Source: Candidatus Kaiserbacteria bacterium RIFCSPHIGHO2_01_FULL_53_29 (GTDB taxonomy: Bacteria; Patescibacteriota; Minisyncoccia; Phycocordibacterales; UBA2100). Taken from it: DNA of 64,000 nucleotides. Under the pieces are notes generated by a model. The model was not told where the DNA came from. It ran no database searches and worked only from the letters and a program-made list of their open reading frames with translations. Where the stretch lies: positions 10,712 through 74,711 of the forward strand of contig MFKT01000009.1 of assembly GCA_001781125.1 (NCBI GenBank). The letters run 5' to 3'. The translations under genes and the position numbers were made by a program. This document shows, piece by piece, positions 43,039-53,269 of the stretch. Each line of letters opens with the position of its first letter. The first letter of the stretch is position 1.

Positions 43039-45156
43039 TTAAATATCAAGTGTCGCTTCTTTGGCGTGCGATTGGATGAACGACTTGCGTGCCGGCACAT
43101 CGGTACCCATGAGCATGTCGAACACCTGGTCGGCATCTTGGGCATCCTCGATGGTTACTTGCTTCAAAATCCTGCGGGCAGGGTCCATCGTCGTCTCCCA
43201 CAATTCGTCGGAATTCATCTCGCCCAAACCCTTGTATCTTTGGACGGAAATGCGAGAGCCTGTAGCTTGTAGCCTGTGGCCTGTAGCTTCTTCGCTGTCT
43301 TCTTCTGGCTCCAAGCTACCGGCTACCGGCTCCGGGCTATTCTTGCCGACGAGTTTAACGCGCTCTTCGTCGGTATACGCATAGAATATTTCCTTTCCTT
43401 TCTTCACCTTAAAGAGCGGCGGCTGGGCGATGTAGAGGAAGCCCCCGTCGATGACGGGCCGGAAGTGCCGATACATGAGCGTAAGCAGGAGCGTGCGGAT
43501 GTGCGCGCCGTCGACATCCGCGTCGGTCGCGATAATTATCTTGTGATAGCGCAGTTTCGTAATGTCGAAGATATCCCCGATCGCGGTCCCGAGGGCGATC
43601 ACGAGATTCTTGATCTGCTCGCTCCCGAGCATTTTGTCGAGCCGCGCGCGCTCGATATTGAGGATCTTTCCGCGCAGCGGCAGAATAGCCTGAATGCGCC
43701 TGTCGCGTCCCATCTTGGCAGTGCCACCGGCCGAATCTCCCTCCACAATGAAGAGTTCTGATTCCTCGGCGCTTTTGCTCTGGCAGTCGGCAAGCTTGCC
43801 CGGGAGCGTCATGCCGTCCAAGGCACCTTTCCTCATGATGCTATCCTTGGCGGCTTTTGCGGCTTTGCGCGCTTTCATCGCAAGCGCCACTTTGCCCACG
43901 ATCGCACGAGCGTCATCCGGATGCTCTTCGAGAAATGCATTGAAAGCCTCGCCAAAAACGCTCTCCGTGGCGCCACGCGCTTCGACAGAGCCGAGCTTGG
44001 ATTTCGTCTGACCTTCGAATTGCACTTCGCGCATTTTGACGGAAATGACCGCGGTCATGCCCTCCAAGACGTCGTCGCCGGTGAATGTGTCGCTTTCTTT
44101 GCTGCCGTTGCCATTCTTCATTTGCGCGTTCAAGGTACGCGTGAGCGCGGTCTTGAAACCGGTCACGTGCATGCCGCCTTCAACATTGTAGACGTTGTTG
44201 GCGAATGCGGAGAGACGCGTGGTAATATCCTCGACGTATTGCAGGGAAATTTCCACTTGCACGCCGTCCTGCTCTTTCTCGACGTAGAAGATATTTTTGT
44301 GTATCGGCGATTGGAAGCGGTTCTGGAACGCCACGAGCGAGCGGAGCCCGCCTTCAAAATAAAAGCTGGTCGACGGCGCATCGATACCAAGCTCACGCAG
44401 ATAATAGACATCACTTGCCTTGAGCAATGTCGAAGGGTCAACTTGCCTTAAATCTAATATTGAAATACGCAGCCCTTTTACGAGATAGGCTTGCTGACGC
44501 ATGTGCGACACGATCGTTTCCCAATTGAATCCCCGTTCGGGGAAGATCGAACCGTCGGGCTCAAAGGTGATGATGGTGCCGTGCAGTTTTGAAGAATCGA
44601 GTTTTTTTGTCTTGCCCACCGGCTTCCCGCCGCCTTTGTATTCCTGCACATACTTCCCGCCATCGCGATGCACTTCCGCACGCACATTGCTCGAGAGCGC
44701 ATTGACGACCGAGACGCCCACACCATGCAGACCTCCCGAGACTTTGTATCCTTGCCCGCCGAATTTGCCTCCGGCGTGAAGCATCGTCATGACCGTCTCG
44801 AGCGTGGAAAGTTTTGTCTTGGGATGGATCTCGACGGGAATGCCGCGACCGTTGTCGGCGACGCGTACACGATTGGCTGGCAGGAGTGCCACCTCGATGT
44901 CATTGGCGAATCCGCCCATTGCCTCGTCGCGCGAGTTGTCGAACACTTCCCATACAAGGTGATGGAGCCCCGCCGTATCGGTGGTGCCGATGTACATCCC
45001 TGGCCTACGCCGCACCGCCTCCAAACCCTCGAGGACAGTAATATCAGCCGCGCCATACGAACTTCCCTGCCTGCCGGAAGGCAGGCGCCCTGCAGATGAC
45101 GAAACCGCCTTCTTTAAGGCGGGTTCTTTACCTTTTTTTGCTTTCTTTTCAGCCAT
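43039..45156 (-). CDS. gyrB: DNA gyrase subunit B
   Basis: RPGMYIG, GLHGVG, VEGDSAGG, PLRGK, DADVDG, YKGLGEM. Confidence 0.96.
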   Translation of the reverse strand: MAEKKAKKGKEPALKKAVSSSAGRLPSGRQGSSYGAADITVLEGLEAVRRRPGMYIGTTDTAGLHHLVWEVFDNSRDEAMGGFANDIEVALLPANRVRVADNGRGIPVEIHPKTKLSTLETVMTMLHAGGKFGGQGYKVSGGLHGVGVSVVNALSSNVRAEVHRDGGKYVQEYKGGGKPVGKTKKLDSSKLHGTIITFEPDGSIFPERGFNWETIVSHMRQQAYLVKGLRISILDLRQVDPSTLLKASDVYYLRELGIDAPSTSFYFEGGLRSLVAFQNRFQSPIHKNIFYVEKEQDGVQVEISLQYVEDITTRLSAFANNVYNVEGGMHVTGFKTALTRTLNAQMKNGNGSKESDTFTGDDVLEGMTAVISVKMREVQFEGQTKSKLGSVEARGATESVFGEAFNAFLEEHPDDARAIVGKVALAMKARKAAKAAKDSIMRKGALDGMTLPGKLADCQSKSAEESELFIVEGDSAGGTAKMGRDRRIQAILPLRGKILNIERARLDKMLGSEQIKNLVIALGTAIGDIFDITKLRYHKIIIATDADVDGAHIRTLLLTLMYRHFRPVIDGGFLYIAQPPLFKVKKGKEIFYAYTDEERVKLVGKNSPEPVAGSLEPEEDSEEATGHRLQATGSRISVQRYKGLGEMNSDELWETTMDPARRILKQVTIEDAQDADQVFDMLMGTDVPARKSFIQSHAKEATLDI

Positions 45157-45245
45157 GTTTAAGTCGCTCAAGTATACCAAAAACCACCCCCTTTGGCTAG
45201 CCGAAATCCACTGGTATAGTGCACGATAACGTATCGGTAAAAGTT

Positions 45246-46421
45246 ATGGCTGAATTCATCATTGATCGGGGCGAGGAAAAGAAAATCCGTGAGGATCTCG
45301 AATCAAGGCAAGACGCGGAGGCGGTCCGCATCAAGCGCTATCTCGCGATGCCTGACCTCTCGCGGACCGAGGGAAGTCCCATCAAAGAGTTGGTGGAGAG
45401 AATAACTTCCATCATCGATTTCAAGAATTTTAACGTCGTAAATCCCCCCGAGATCGTGCCTATTTCGATTGCATTCGATCTATTCGATTTTACAGAAGAT
45501 CATCCCGCACGAAGCAAGTCGGACACGTACTACACCGATGAAACTCACATACTGCGACCGCATACGACGGTTATGTGGTACTACTACCTTCAGCTTGATG
45601 AGGTAAAGCAAAGACTGGCGAAAGGAGAGGATATCGGGGTCTTTTCTTTCGGCAAGGTCTATCGCAAGGACGAGATAGACAAAACGCACATGAACGTCTT
45701 TCATCAGATAGATGCTTTGTATCTTTGCCCAAAAGAGAACAAGACCCTCCAACTCCAAGACCTTCAAGATATCGAAGCAAAAGTGGTGAAATCGGTTTTC
45801 GGAGAGAATATCGAATATCGCTTCCACGAAGAAACGTTTCCCTATACGCATCCGAGTACCGAGATAGAGATGAAAAAACCCGCCCGACCGAATGACGGTC
45901 ATTCGGGCGGGGGCAATGATTGGGTCGAGATCCTCGGCAGCGGCGTCGTGAAAGAATCGGTCCTCCAGAAACTCGGTGTTGATGCAGATCTCTACAACGG
46001 CTGGGCTTTTGGTTTCGGCCTTGAACGCTTCGCCATCATGAACATGGAACTCCCGGACATTCGACTCCTGTGGTCCACCGATCCGCGTGTCGTGGGTCAA
46101 CTGCGCTTGGGGCAAAAGTTCCAAGAGGTCAGCAAGTATCCTCCCGTAGTGCGCGATATATCGTTCGTGGTCTCGAACGACTTTATTCCCAATAACTACT
46201 TCGATCTCATCCGCGAAACGATCGGCGACGAGCTTATCGAGGAAGTGAAGCAGAGGGACAAGTACGAGGACGCGAAAAAATTCGGCGCGCAGAGATCGAG
46301 CTACACGTATCGCATTGTGTATCGCTCGCTCCAAAAGACGCTCACGAACGCCGAGGTGGATGCACTTCACAAGAAACTCGAAAAACAAACTGCCAAACAA
46401 TACGACGCAACGATCAGGTGA
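45246..46421 (+). CDS. pheS: Single-chain phenylalanyl-tRNA synthetase (alpha catalytic core plus FDX-ACB anticodon-binding domain)
   Basis: HPARSKSDTYY, LRPHT, YRKDEIDKTH..FHQ, FPYTHPS, GFGLER, DIRLLW, then KYPPVVRDISF...YRSLQKTLT. Confidence 0.92.
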   Translation: MAEFIIDRGEEKKIREDLESRQDAEAVRIKRYLAMPDLSRTEGSPIKELVERITSIIDFKNFNVVNPPEIVPISIAFDLFDFTEDHPARSKSDTYYTDETHILRPHTTVMWYYYLQLDEVKQRLAKGEDIGVFSFGKVYRKDEIDKTHMNVFHQIDALYLCPKENKTLQLQDLQDIEAKVVKSVFGENIEYRFHEETFPYTHPSTEIEMKKPARPNDGHSGGGNDWVEILGSGVVKESVLQKLGVDADLYNGWAFGFGLERFAIMNMELPDIRLLWSTDPRVVGQLRLGQKFQEVSKYPPVVRDISFVVSNDFIPNNYFDLIRETIGDELIEEVKQRDKYEDAKKFGAQRSSYTYRIVYRSLQKTLTNAEVDALHKKLEKQTAKQYDATIR

Positions 46422-46512
46422 CATTGCAGAGATCTCTTCAGAGACCTCATCCGCCAGAGATGCAGAACGAGCTCTCGCTTCTCTCACCTCGTTAGGCTAT
46501 AATCCCCCGACT

Positions 46513-47745
46513 ATGATAGGCACGGCTATCACCTATACCTTCCTCTTCACCTCACTCTTTTTCGAGGTGTTTCTGCTCGTGTCGTTCCTTGAAAATCGAA
46601 AGAAACATCGAACTGGAGCTCTCGTAAATCTCAACGACGGTGATCTTCCCACCGTCGCGATCGTTGTCCCTTGTTTCAACGAGGAAAAGAACGTCGTGGC
46701 AACGCTTCGATCACTCTGCCAGCTCACGTACCCGAAGGAAAAATTAGAGATTATTATGGTGGACGACGGCTCGACCGATCGGACTTTTGAGATCGCACGG
46801 CAATTCGCACACGACGCCCGCATACGGATATTCCAGAAACAGAATGGCGGTAAGCACACGGCAATGAATCTCGCGTTGGAACGAACGAACGCGGAGCTGA
46901 TCGGATGCCTCGATGCGGATTCGATCGTCGAGCAGGGTGCCCTCATGCGTATTGCGCCCGTATTTTCGAATTCCAGGATCGCAGCCGTGACGCCGGGGAT
47001 CCATGTGCGTGAGCCGCACACGATACTGCAACACATCCAAAAGGTGGAATATCGTCTCAGTATCTTCAACCGTTTCATATTCGCGGCACTCGGCTCCGTC
47101 TTCATCGCCCCGGGACCATTTTCCATTTTCCGCAGCACGGTCGTCCGCGAGTTAGGCGGCTGGCGCGAAGGACATTCGACCGAGGACATGGAAATGGCGC
47201 TGCGCATGCAGGCAGGAGGATTCTTGATAGCAAACGCGCCCGGTGCGATCGTCCATACCTCGACCCCTCCGACACTGCGCGGACTTTTCCGCCAGCGCGT
47301 GCGATGGACCTACGGGTGGCTGCGCAACGCAGTGGATTATCGCTTCATGATCGGCAATCACACCTATGGCAACTTGAGTCTTATCATTCTCCCCTTTGCG
47401 CTCATCTCAATTGCAGCAGGCATATTTTTCTTCGGGCGTATTGTGTGGTATGGCGCACAGACACTCATGCAAGAGATCGTACGCATAGAGACGGTCGGCA
47501 GCATTTCGCGTCATCCATCGTTCGATCCCTTCTATCTCAATACGAGCGCTTTCTTGTTCCTTGTAGTGGTGAGTGTCGCCCTGATCTTTGTCCTCATTTG
47601 CGTAGGATCATTTATCGGTACAGGAAAACGTATGCCGCCCGTTTCGACTCCGCTTTTCCTTCTTTTCTACAGTTTTATCGCACCCCTGTGGTTGTGTACT
47701 GCCCTCGTCCGGGCCGTATTCAAGACGGGCGTGCGCTGGCGCTAA
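46513..47745 (+). CDS. Processive GT2 glycosyltransferase (PgaC/IcaA/cellulose-synthase-like)
   Basis: DDGSTD, DAD, TED and QRVRW motifs; TM helices. Confidence 0.92.
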   Translation: MIGTAITYTFLFTSLFFEVFLLVSFLENRKKHRTGALVNLNDGDLPTVAIVVPCFNEEKNVVATLRSLCQLTYPKEKLEIIMVDDGSTDRTFEIARQFAHDARIRIFQKQNGGKHTAMNLALERTNAELIGCLDADSIVEQGALMRIAPVFSNSRIAAVTPGIHVREPHTILQHIQKVEYRLSIFNRFIFAALGSVFIAPGPFSIFRSTVVRELGGWREGHSTEDMEMALRMQAGGFLIANAPGAIVHTSTPPTLRGLFRQRVRWTYGWLRNAVDYRFMIGNHTYGNLSLIILPFALISIAAGIFFFGRIVWYGAQTLMQEIVRIETVGSISRHPSFDPFYLNTSAFLFLVVVSVALIFVLICVGSFIGTGKRMPPVSTPLFLLFYSFIAPLWLCTALVRAVFKTGVRWR

Positions 47746-47749
47746 AACA

Positions 47750-48460
47750 ATGGATCCTATTGTCAACACACACAGCGCACGCTGGGGAAATTACGGGATT
47801 GCATTCCTGATTACCGCACTCATCTTCGCGACCGCGCTCTACGCATCGAATTATTTCAACGATCAGCGCATCGCGGACATCCGGGTTGTACAAGACACCA
47901 TCTCGACCGATATTCTCTCGCTCGAAACACAATTCGATCTTTTGCAAGAGCACTCGTGCGCGGATATCGCAGAGAACACGACGCTTCCCTCGGAGCTCAC
48001 GTCGCTCGGAAACCAGCTTTCATATATGGAATCGCAAGGCTCGGGCGATCAGGACGAGGTCGTACGCCTGAAGCGTCTCTATTCTCTGCTCGAGATCAAA
48101 GACTATCTTCTGATGAAGCAGATCGCTGCAAAATGCGGCTTGAAGCCCGTCTTCATTCTCTACTTCTATTCCAACAAAGGCGACTGCGCCGATTGCGAGA
48201 AACAGGGGTATGTCCTCACGTCTCTCGCGCAAACATATCCGCAGCTGCGCATTTACTCATTTGATTACAACCTTGACGTCTCTGCGCTCAAGACCTTGAT
48301 CTCGATCGACGACGTGGAAAATAATATGCCCGCACTGGTCATCAACGGCAAAGCGCAGTATGGTTTCCAGTCGATCGACAACATCCAAAAGATCCTCCCC
48401 CAATTAGCGACGCTTCAGAAAAGCGCGACGAGCTCTGGTGCGACATCGACGAAGAAATAG
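47750..48460 (+). CDS. Membrane-anchored protein with thioredoxin-like CxxC domain
   Basis: N-terminal TM, YFYS..CADC, PALVING. Confidence 0.75.
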   Translation: MDPIVNTHSARWGNYGIAFLITALIFATALYASNYFNDQRIADIRVVQDTISTDILSLETQFDLLQEHSCADIAENTTLPSELTSLGNQLSYMESQGSGDQDEVVRLKRLYSLLEIKDYLLMKQIAAKCGLKPVFILYFYSNKGDCADCEKQGYVLTSLAQTYPQLRIYSFDYNLDVSALKTLISIDDVENNMPALVINGKAQYGFQSIDNIQKILPQLATLQKSATSSGATSTKK

Positions 48461-48472
48461 AATCTCGATTTG

Positions 48473-48545
48473 AGCCGGGGGTGGGATTCGAACCCACGGC
48501 CCCCTGTTTACAAAACAGGAGCTCTAACCACTGAGCTACCCCGGC
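48473..48545 (-). tRNA. tRNA-Thr(TGT)
   Basis: GCCGGGG acceptor stem, TAGCTCAGTGG D arm, CCTGT-TTTGTAA-ACAGG anticodon arm, GTTCGAATC; CCA not encoded. Confidence 0.96.
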
Positions 48546-48666
48546 AACATTGCGCATTGTGCCTTCTTTCTCCTTCTCCTTCAAGAGCGAGGCGGGAGAG
48601 GCTTCAGAGAACATCGCGCAGCAAACGATATCTCACCTGATCGATATAGTAGTGGTGAGGGGCAAA

Positions 48667-49092
48667 CTACCTGGCACTTTCATCAAGTTCGGTTGAAGTC
48701 TCTTCCGTCTCGCTCTCCATCCCTCCACTCTTGTGCTCCGCAACTTTCTTCAGGAATTCCGAACGTGTTTCTCGCCGCTCGAAGCGATGTTTGTGCGATA
48801 CGAGATCGGCGAGACGATGTGCCTGGCCTTCTGCGAAGCGAGCGAGTGCAGCAAATCCGAGAGCAGCTTCGTGAATAGCGAGTCGCGAGAGGCGCACTGC
48901 GATGGGGGGCAGCTTCGCGAGATCGACACGCGCCGCGGCCATCAGCTCTTTCAACTGAACCGCACGCCTATCAAGCTCACTTCGCATTGACGGCGCAAGA
49001 ATGCGTTCGCGGCGCATTTCCCAATACTTGAGGCCGAAAAGAAGACCGATACCAACAAGGGAAATAAAAAAGATGGCAGTCACAAAGACCAT
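48667..49092 (-). CDS. Hypothetical protein with N-terminal TM
   Basis: Directly downstream of tsf. Confidence 0.7.
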   Translation of the reverse strand: MVFVTAIFFISLVGIGLLFGLKYWEMRRERILAPSMRSELDRRAVQLKELMAAARVDLAKLPPIAVRLSRLAIHEAALGFAALARFAEGQAHRLADLVSHKHRFERRETRSEFLKKVAEHKSGGMESETEETSTELDESAR

Positions 49093-49095
49093 ATA

Positions 49096-49677
49096 CTATT
49101 TCACCGAGAGACGCTCAAAGCGCACGAGTGCGATCTTCTCCCCGAATTTTTGTGTTGCAGTGTTGATGAGCTCCTGGATCGTGACGCCCGGATCCTTTAC
49201 ATACGCCTGCTCGAGCAATACACGCTCGGCGAGATAGCTGTTAACCTTCCCTTCGATAGCTTTTGCGCGGGCTGCTTCGGGCACTTTCGCGGCCTCTTCG
49301 GCAAATACCTCGCGCGCAGCTTTGAGATCATCCTCCTTCACGTCATCGCGCGACGTGAAGAGCGGATTCATGGCGGCTACGTGCATCGCGATATCGTAGG
49401 CCAATTTTGCGAATTCTTCATTTTTTGAGACAAAATCTGTCTCACAGGCAAGCACGACAGCGCCCACAACGCCGCCGCCTGCGTGCGTGTACGCCGCCGC
49501 CACACCGGCGCCGAGCGAGCGGTCCGACTTCTTTGACGCGATGGTGGAGCTCTGCTTGCGCAAGATGATCTTGGCTTTCTCGATGTCGCCACCCGCTTCC
49601 TCAAGCGCCTTCTTGCACTGCATTATAGAGACGCCGGTATCATCTCGCAGCTGTTTGAGTGTATCGCTTACTCCCAT
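49096..49677 (-). CDS. tsf: Elongation factor Ts (short form)
   Basis: LRDDTGVSIMQCKKAL, CETDFV, MHVAAMNP. Confidence 0.96.
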   Translation of the reverse strand: MGVSDTLKQLRDDTGVSIMQCKKALEEAGGDIEKAKIILRKQSSTIASKKSDRSLGAGVAAAYTHAGGGVVGAVVLACETDFVSKNEEFAKLAYDIAMHVAAMNPLFTSRDDVKEDDLKAAREVFAEEAAKVPEAARAKAIEGKVNSYLAERVLLEQAYVKDPGVTIQELINTATQKFGEKIALVRFERLSVK

Positions 49678-49700
49678 ACGTATCGTTGCCTATATCTTAC

Positions 49701-49804
49701 CAAATTCCAAGCACGAAGCACGAAATTCGAAACGAACTCGAAATCGCACACCTACTATTCTATGCCTGACCTGTTTCGGATTTCGGATTTCGGATCTCGG
49801 ATTT
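49701..49804. repeat. Heptamer-periodic inverted repeat element overlapping the rpsB 3' end
   Basis: AAGCACG/AAATTCG left arm; (TTTCGGA)n right arm translated as KSEIRNPKSET. Confidence 0.75.
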
Positions 49805-50494
49805 TTCCTGCGGTGCGCGTTTCCCTTCTGCGTACGCATTCGCAATGGTGTTGCAAACAAGCCCGATCGAGCGCACCGACGTATCGTTGCCCGGAATTGG
49901 ATACTGCACGAGAGAAAAATCGCAATCAGAGCTCGAGAGTCCGATGACCGGTATGCCAAGCTGGTTTGCTTCCGCGACCGCTGTATGTTCATGGCGCGTA
50001 TCAACGATAAAGAGTGCTTGGGGAAGGTCCGTCATCCTCGCCAAACCCCCGAACCGGAGGCTAAGCTCGTCGATCTCGCGATCGATCATCAAACGTTCGC
50101 GCTTGGTGTACTTCTCGAGTTCCCCGTTCTCTCGTTCGCTCATCAATTTCTCCATGCGGTCAATGCGCTTGCGAATATTCTTAAAATTCGTAAGCGTACC
50201 CCCGATCCAACGGCCTGCCACATACGGAGCGCCGACCCCTGTAGCGGCGTCTTTCACGATGCCCGTGGCCTCGTGTTTGCCGCCTACAAAGAGAACGTGT
50301 TTGCCGCTCGCGGAGAGCGACGTGACAAAAGCATTCGCCGCGTCGAGCCGCTTTGTCGTTTCCTCAAGGTTGAAGATGTCGGTGCGATCTTTGGTGCCAA
50401 AGAGATACGTCGCTGCGGTCGGGTGCCGGCGCGCACGGACATACCCGAAATGCGCACCTGCCTCAAAGAGGGTCTGAATATCGGTTGTTGCCAT
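49760..50494 (-). CDS. rpsB: 30S ribosomal protein S2
   Basis: AGAHFG, RWIGGTLTN, PIPGND. Confidence 0.97.
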   Translation of the reverse strand: MATTDIQTLFEAGAHFGYVRARRHPTAATYLFGTKDRTDIFNLEETTKRLDAANAFVTSLSASGKHVLFVGGKHEATGIVKDAATGVGAPYVAGRWIGGTLTNFKNIRKRIDRMEKLMSERENGELEKYTKRERLMIDREIDELSLRFGGLARMTDLPQALFIVDTRHEHTAVAEANQLGIPVIGLSSSDCDFSLVQYPIPGNDTSVRSIGLVCNTIANAYAEGKRAPQEKSEIRNPKSETGQA

Positions 50495-50515
50495 GTGGGG
50501 AGGATAGTAGCAAAA

Positions 50516-51499
50516 TTAGGCCTCCGTCGCAACTTCATCTGCGCCTTCGGCCTCGGCAAGCGCTTCGAGAATTGGCCCAATAGCGCCATTCATAATTTTC
50601 GGGACGTTCGACCACGACTCCTTGATGCGGTGGTCGGTAACGCGATCTTGGGGGAAATTGTAGGTCCGGACCTTCTCGGAGCGATCGCCAGAGCCGACTT
50701 GCTGCTTGCGATCGGCCGCGCGCTCACGCGCTTCGCGTTCATCCTGCGCTTGTTGCAATTTGCTCGCCAGCAACTTCATTGCCTTTTCTTTGTTCTGCGC
50801 CTGCGAGCGCTCGCTCGTGCACTTCACATCAATGCCGGTCGGTTTGTGCATGATGCGCACGGCGGTCTCCACCTTGTTGACATTCTGCCCGCCCGCGCCG
50901 CCGGAGCGACTGGTCTCAATTTCGAGATCCGCGGGATTTATTTCTATCTTTGTGCGTTTATAGATCGGCAAGATCGCAACCGACGCGGTCGAGGTGTGGA
51001 TACGGCCTTGTTTTTCGGTCGCGGGCACGCGCTGCACGCGATGCACGCCGGTTTCAAATTGCAAAATGCGATAACAGTTTTCGCCCTTGATCTCGAACTG
51101 CGCCTCCTTGTAACCGCCCAAGCTTCCGCGTGATTCGTCGAGTGCTTTGCGGTTCCACCCACGCGTCTCCGCATATTTCAAATACATCTGCGCAAGCTCT
51201 TCGGCAAAAGCGGCAGCTTCCTCGCCGCCCACTCCGGCGCGCACTTCGATGACGATCTCATTGGGCCATTCACGCTCAAGATCAGCCCCGACGATAGCCT
51301 CTATCTGTTTTAGAAGCGCGTCTTTTTGGTTCTCGATATCGTTCAATTCTTTCTCGGCAAGTTCTTTCATCGACGGGTCAACCTCTATGAGGCCGGTGGC
51401 GTCTTTTTCCGCCTGCGACAAGCGCTGCCATTCGACAACCAGGAAAGAGACGCGATGGTCGTTCGCGTACTCTTCGGGGTTGAGTGGTTTGTCGGTCAT
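50516..51499 (-). CDS. prfA: Peptide chain release factor 1
   Basis: GGQ, RVPAT (PxT), [14 protein letters not shown]; short N-terminus. Confidence 0.95.
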   Translation of the reverse strand: MTDKPLNPEEYANDHRVSFLVVEWQRLSQAEKDATGLIEVDPSMKELAEKELNDIENQKDALLKQIEAIVGADLEREWPNEIVIEVRAGVGGEEAAAFAEELAQMYLKYAETRGWNRKALDESRGSLGGYKEAQFEIKGENCYRILQFETGVHRVQRVPATEKQGRIHTSTASVAILPIYKRTKIEINPADLEIETSRSGGAGGQNVNKVETAVRIMHKPTGIDVKCTSERSQAQNKEKAMKLLASKLQQAQDEREARERAADRKQQVGSGDRSEKVRTYNFPQDRVTDHRIKESWSNVPKIMNGAIGPILEALAEAEGADEVATEA

Positions 51500-51528
51500 A
51501 CGCAAATAATACCGCGTTCGCGGCTTTC

Positions 51529-51561
51529 GAGGTGACTCCTCACGTAGTGAGGTGTCACCTC
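51529..51561. repeat. REP-like palindrome
   Basis: GAGGTGACTCCTCAC GTA GTGAGGTGTCACCTC. Confidence 0.7.
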
Positions 51562-51568
51562 ATTGCAT

Positions 51569-51847
51569 TTAACGCTTCAACTTCTTGGAAGTCTTCGGCT
51601 TAGCCGCCGCGCTTCGTTTCTTGAACTTGTCCACGCGACCGGCGGTGTCGATCGTCTTGGCTGTTCCTGTATAGAAAGGGTGCGATGCGCTCGAAATTTC
51701 CACCTGGAAAACGGGGTACTCTTTGTCATCCTCCCATTTGTCTTTCTTGGCCGTCTCTATGGTTGAACCAATCAAAAAACGCTTCCCCGACGTAGAATCT
51801 TCGAATATCACCTGCCGGTAGCTTGCCGGATGAATGTCTTTTTTCAT
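51569..51847 (-). CDS. rpmE: 50S ribosomal protein L31, type B (no Cys)
   Basis: MKKDIHP...[11 protein letters not shown]...GRVDKF. Confidence 0.96.
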   Translation of the reverse strand: MKKDIHPASYRQVIFEDSTSGKRFLIGSTIETAKKDKWEDDKEYPVFQVEISSASHPFYTGTAKTIDTAGRVDKFKKRSAAAKPKTSKKLKR

Positions 51848-51901
51848 ACTTTCTTTTCAACTGGCAGAGAATACATGAAAACTCGGCAAAAGACAATGGC
51901 T

Positions 51902-53248
51902 CTATTTCCCTTCAAGAATATCGATGTCAGCCTGATACTCTTCGGCATAGTTCATGACGCCATCGCCATAGGATGCGTATCTTGGATTACTCCAGTTGCC
52001 GCCCGCAAAATATTTGAGCGCAGCCGTGCGTTCCGCCACGCGGGTTCCTCCATTCGCTCCATTGTCCTCCATGAGAAGCGCTGTTGCGAATATCGCCGTG
52101 CGGGCACTCCACGGGTCGGGTGGACTTTGCCCCGTGATACTGGCGAGCCTCCCTTTATAGAGCATCCACGTCGATGGAATGAATTGAGCAGGTCCCATCG
52201 CACCGCCGTATCCGGTTGATTGCGGGCAGGAGACAACCTGCAGGAAGGCGTTAATGCCGAGCTCGGCGGTTATCTCTATAAATGGGTCCACGTCACGGTC
52301 CGGCTTCATCACTTTAGAAAATGCGCGGCCCGTATTCTTGCCTTTGCCGTCCCCCTTGTTCGGAGCGTTGGTGAGGAGACATTGCCCCACGTTCTCGCCC
52401 AGGTTCGTCTCCTGACGAAGGACGGCGAGGGTAAGCGCGGGGCGAACTCCCGTTTTCGCCGATGCCTCCTTTGCGTAACCGTAGGCAGTACCGAAAGGAA
52501 TAGCCGCAGAGTCGCGCAGGCCGAAGAGTGCCGCGCGTATCGCCGCCGCCTGCTTTTGCTTATCAGCGATGATCTGCTGGTAGGTCTTCTCCTGCCCCTT
52601 GGTGGCCGAGAGAATGGATTGTTTCTGCTTTTCGTCATTGAGAACGACTTGCTTCTGTAGTACTTGTACCGTGCGGACCTTCTGGGCCTCGTCCTCTTTG
52701 TCTTCGAGTGCCGCCTTTCGGTCTCCAAGCTCCGCGCGCAGAACCGCCATCTCTGTGAAGGATTGGCCAAGCGCGCGCTGAATGGCCTCAAAATCGTCTA
52801 TGTCCTGAAAAAAATCCGTTAAGCTCCCGCCGAGCGCTAGCTGCGCAAGCGAGAGGTCGTCGATCTCGCGCGTGCGACGCAAGAGCTGTGCCAAGCTGTT
52901 CTGCTCGCGCGCGACCTTGGCATCCACTTCAAGAATGCCGGATTGCTTCTCCGAAATGTTGCTCTTGAGCTGCGAAAGCGCGACATCACTCTTCTTTATC
53001 TGGAGCTGTGCCGTCTTTATCTTGTTGTCGAGAATACTGATATCACGCTCGAGCGTGGTGCGCTCCCTTTGCAGATCTGAAAGGGTACCCTGATTGTTCG
53101 CAATGTCTTTCTCTATCTGGTCGAGTTGAGCCTGCAGCGCCGCGCGCTCCTGCGCACTTGTCGCGGCAAAAGTCCGATGTGGCAGTGCAGAGGCTCCCGC
53201 AATCACGAGTGCGAAAAGAAGAATCGCGCTCATGCGGCGCATATCCAT
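51902..53248 (-). CDS. Exported coiled-coil protein with lytic transglycosylase (MltB/SLT_2-like) domain
   Basis: Signal peptide, long heptad region, QET, GAMGPAQFIPSTW. Confidence 0.88.
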   Translation of the reverse strand: MDMRRMSAILLFALVIAGASALPHRTFAATSAQERAALQAQLDQIEKDIANNQGTLSDLQRERTTLERDISILDNKIKTAQLQIKKSDVALSQLKSNISEKQSGILEVDAKVAREQNSLAQLLRRTREIDDLSLAQLALGGSLTDFFQDIDDFEAIQRALGQSFTEMAVLRAELGDRKAALEDKEDEAQKVRTVQVLQKQVVLNDEKQKQSILSATKGQEKTYQQIIADKQKQAAAIRAALFGLRDSAAIPFGTAYGYAKEASAKTGVRPALTLAVLRQETNLGENVGQCLLTNAPNKGDGKGKNTGRAFSKVMKPDRDVDPFIEITAELGINAFLQVVSCPQSTGYGGAMGPAQFIPSTWMLYKGRLASITGQSPPDPWSARTAIFATALLMEDNGANGGTRVAERTAALKYFAGGNWSNPRYASYGDGVMNYAEEYQADIDILEGK

Positions 53249-53269
53249 AATACGCTTATTATAGCAAAC

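Noticed and set aside
49487-51133. 548-aa plus-strand ORF
   Set aside because: Antisense to tsf, rpsB and prfA; no recognisable motifs.
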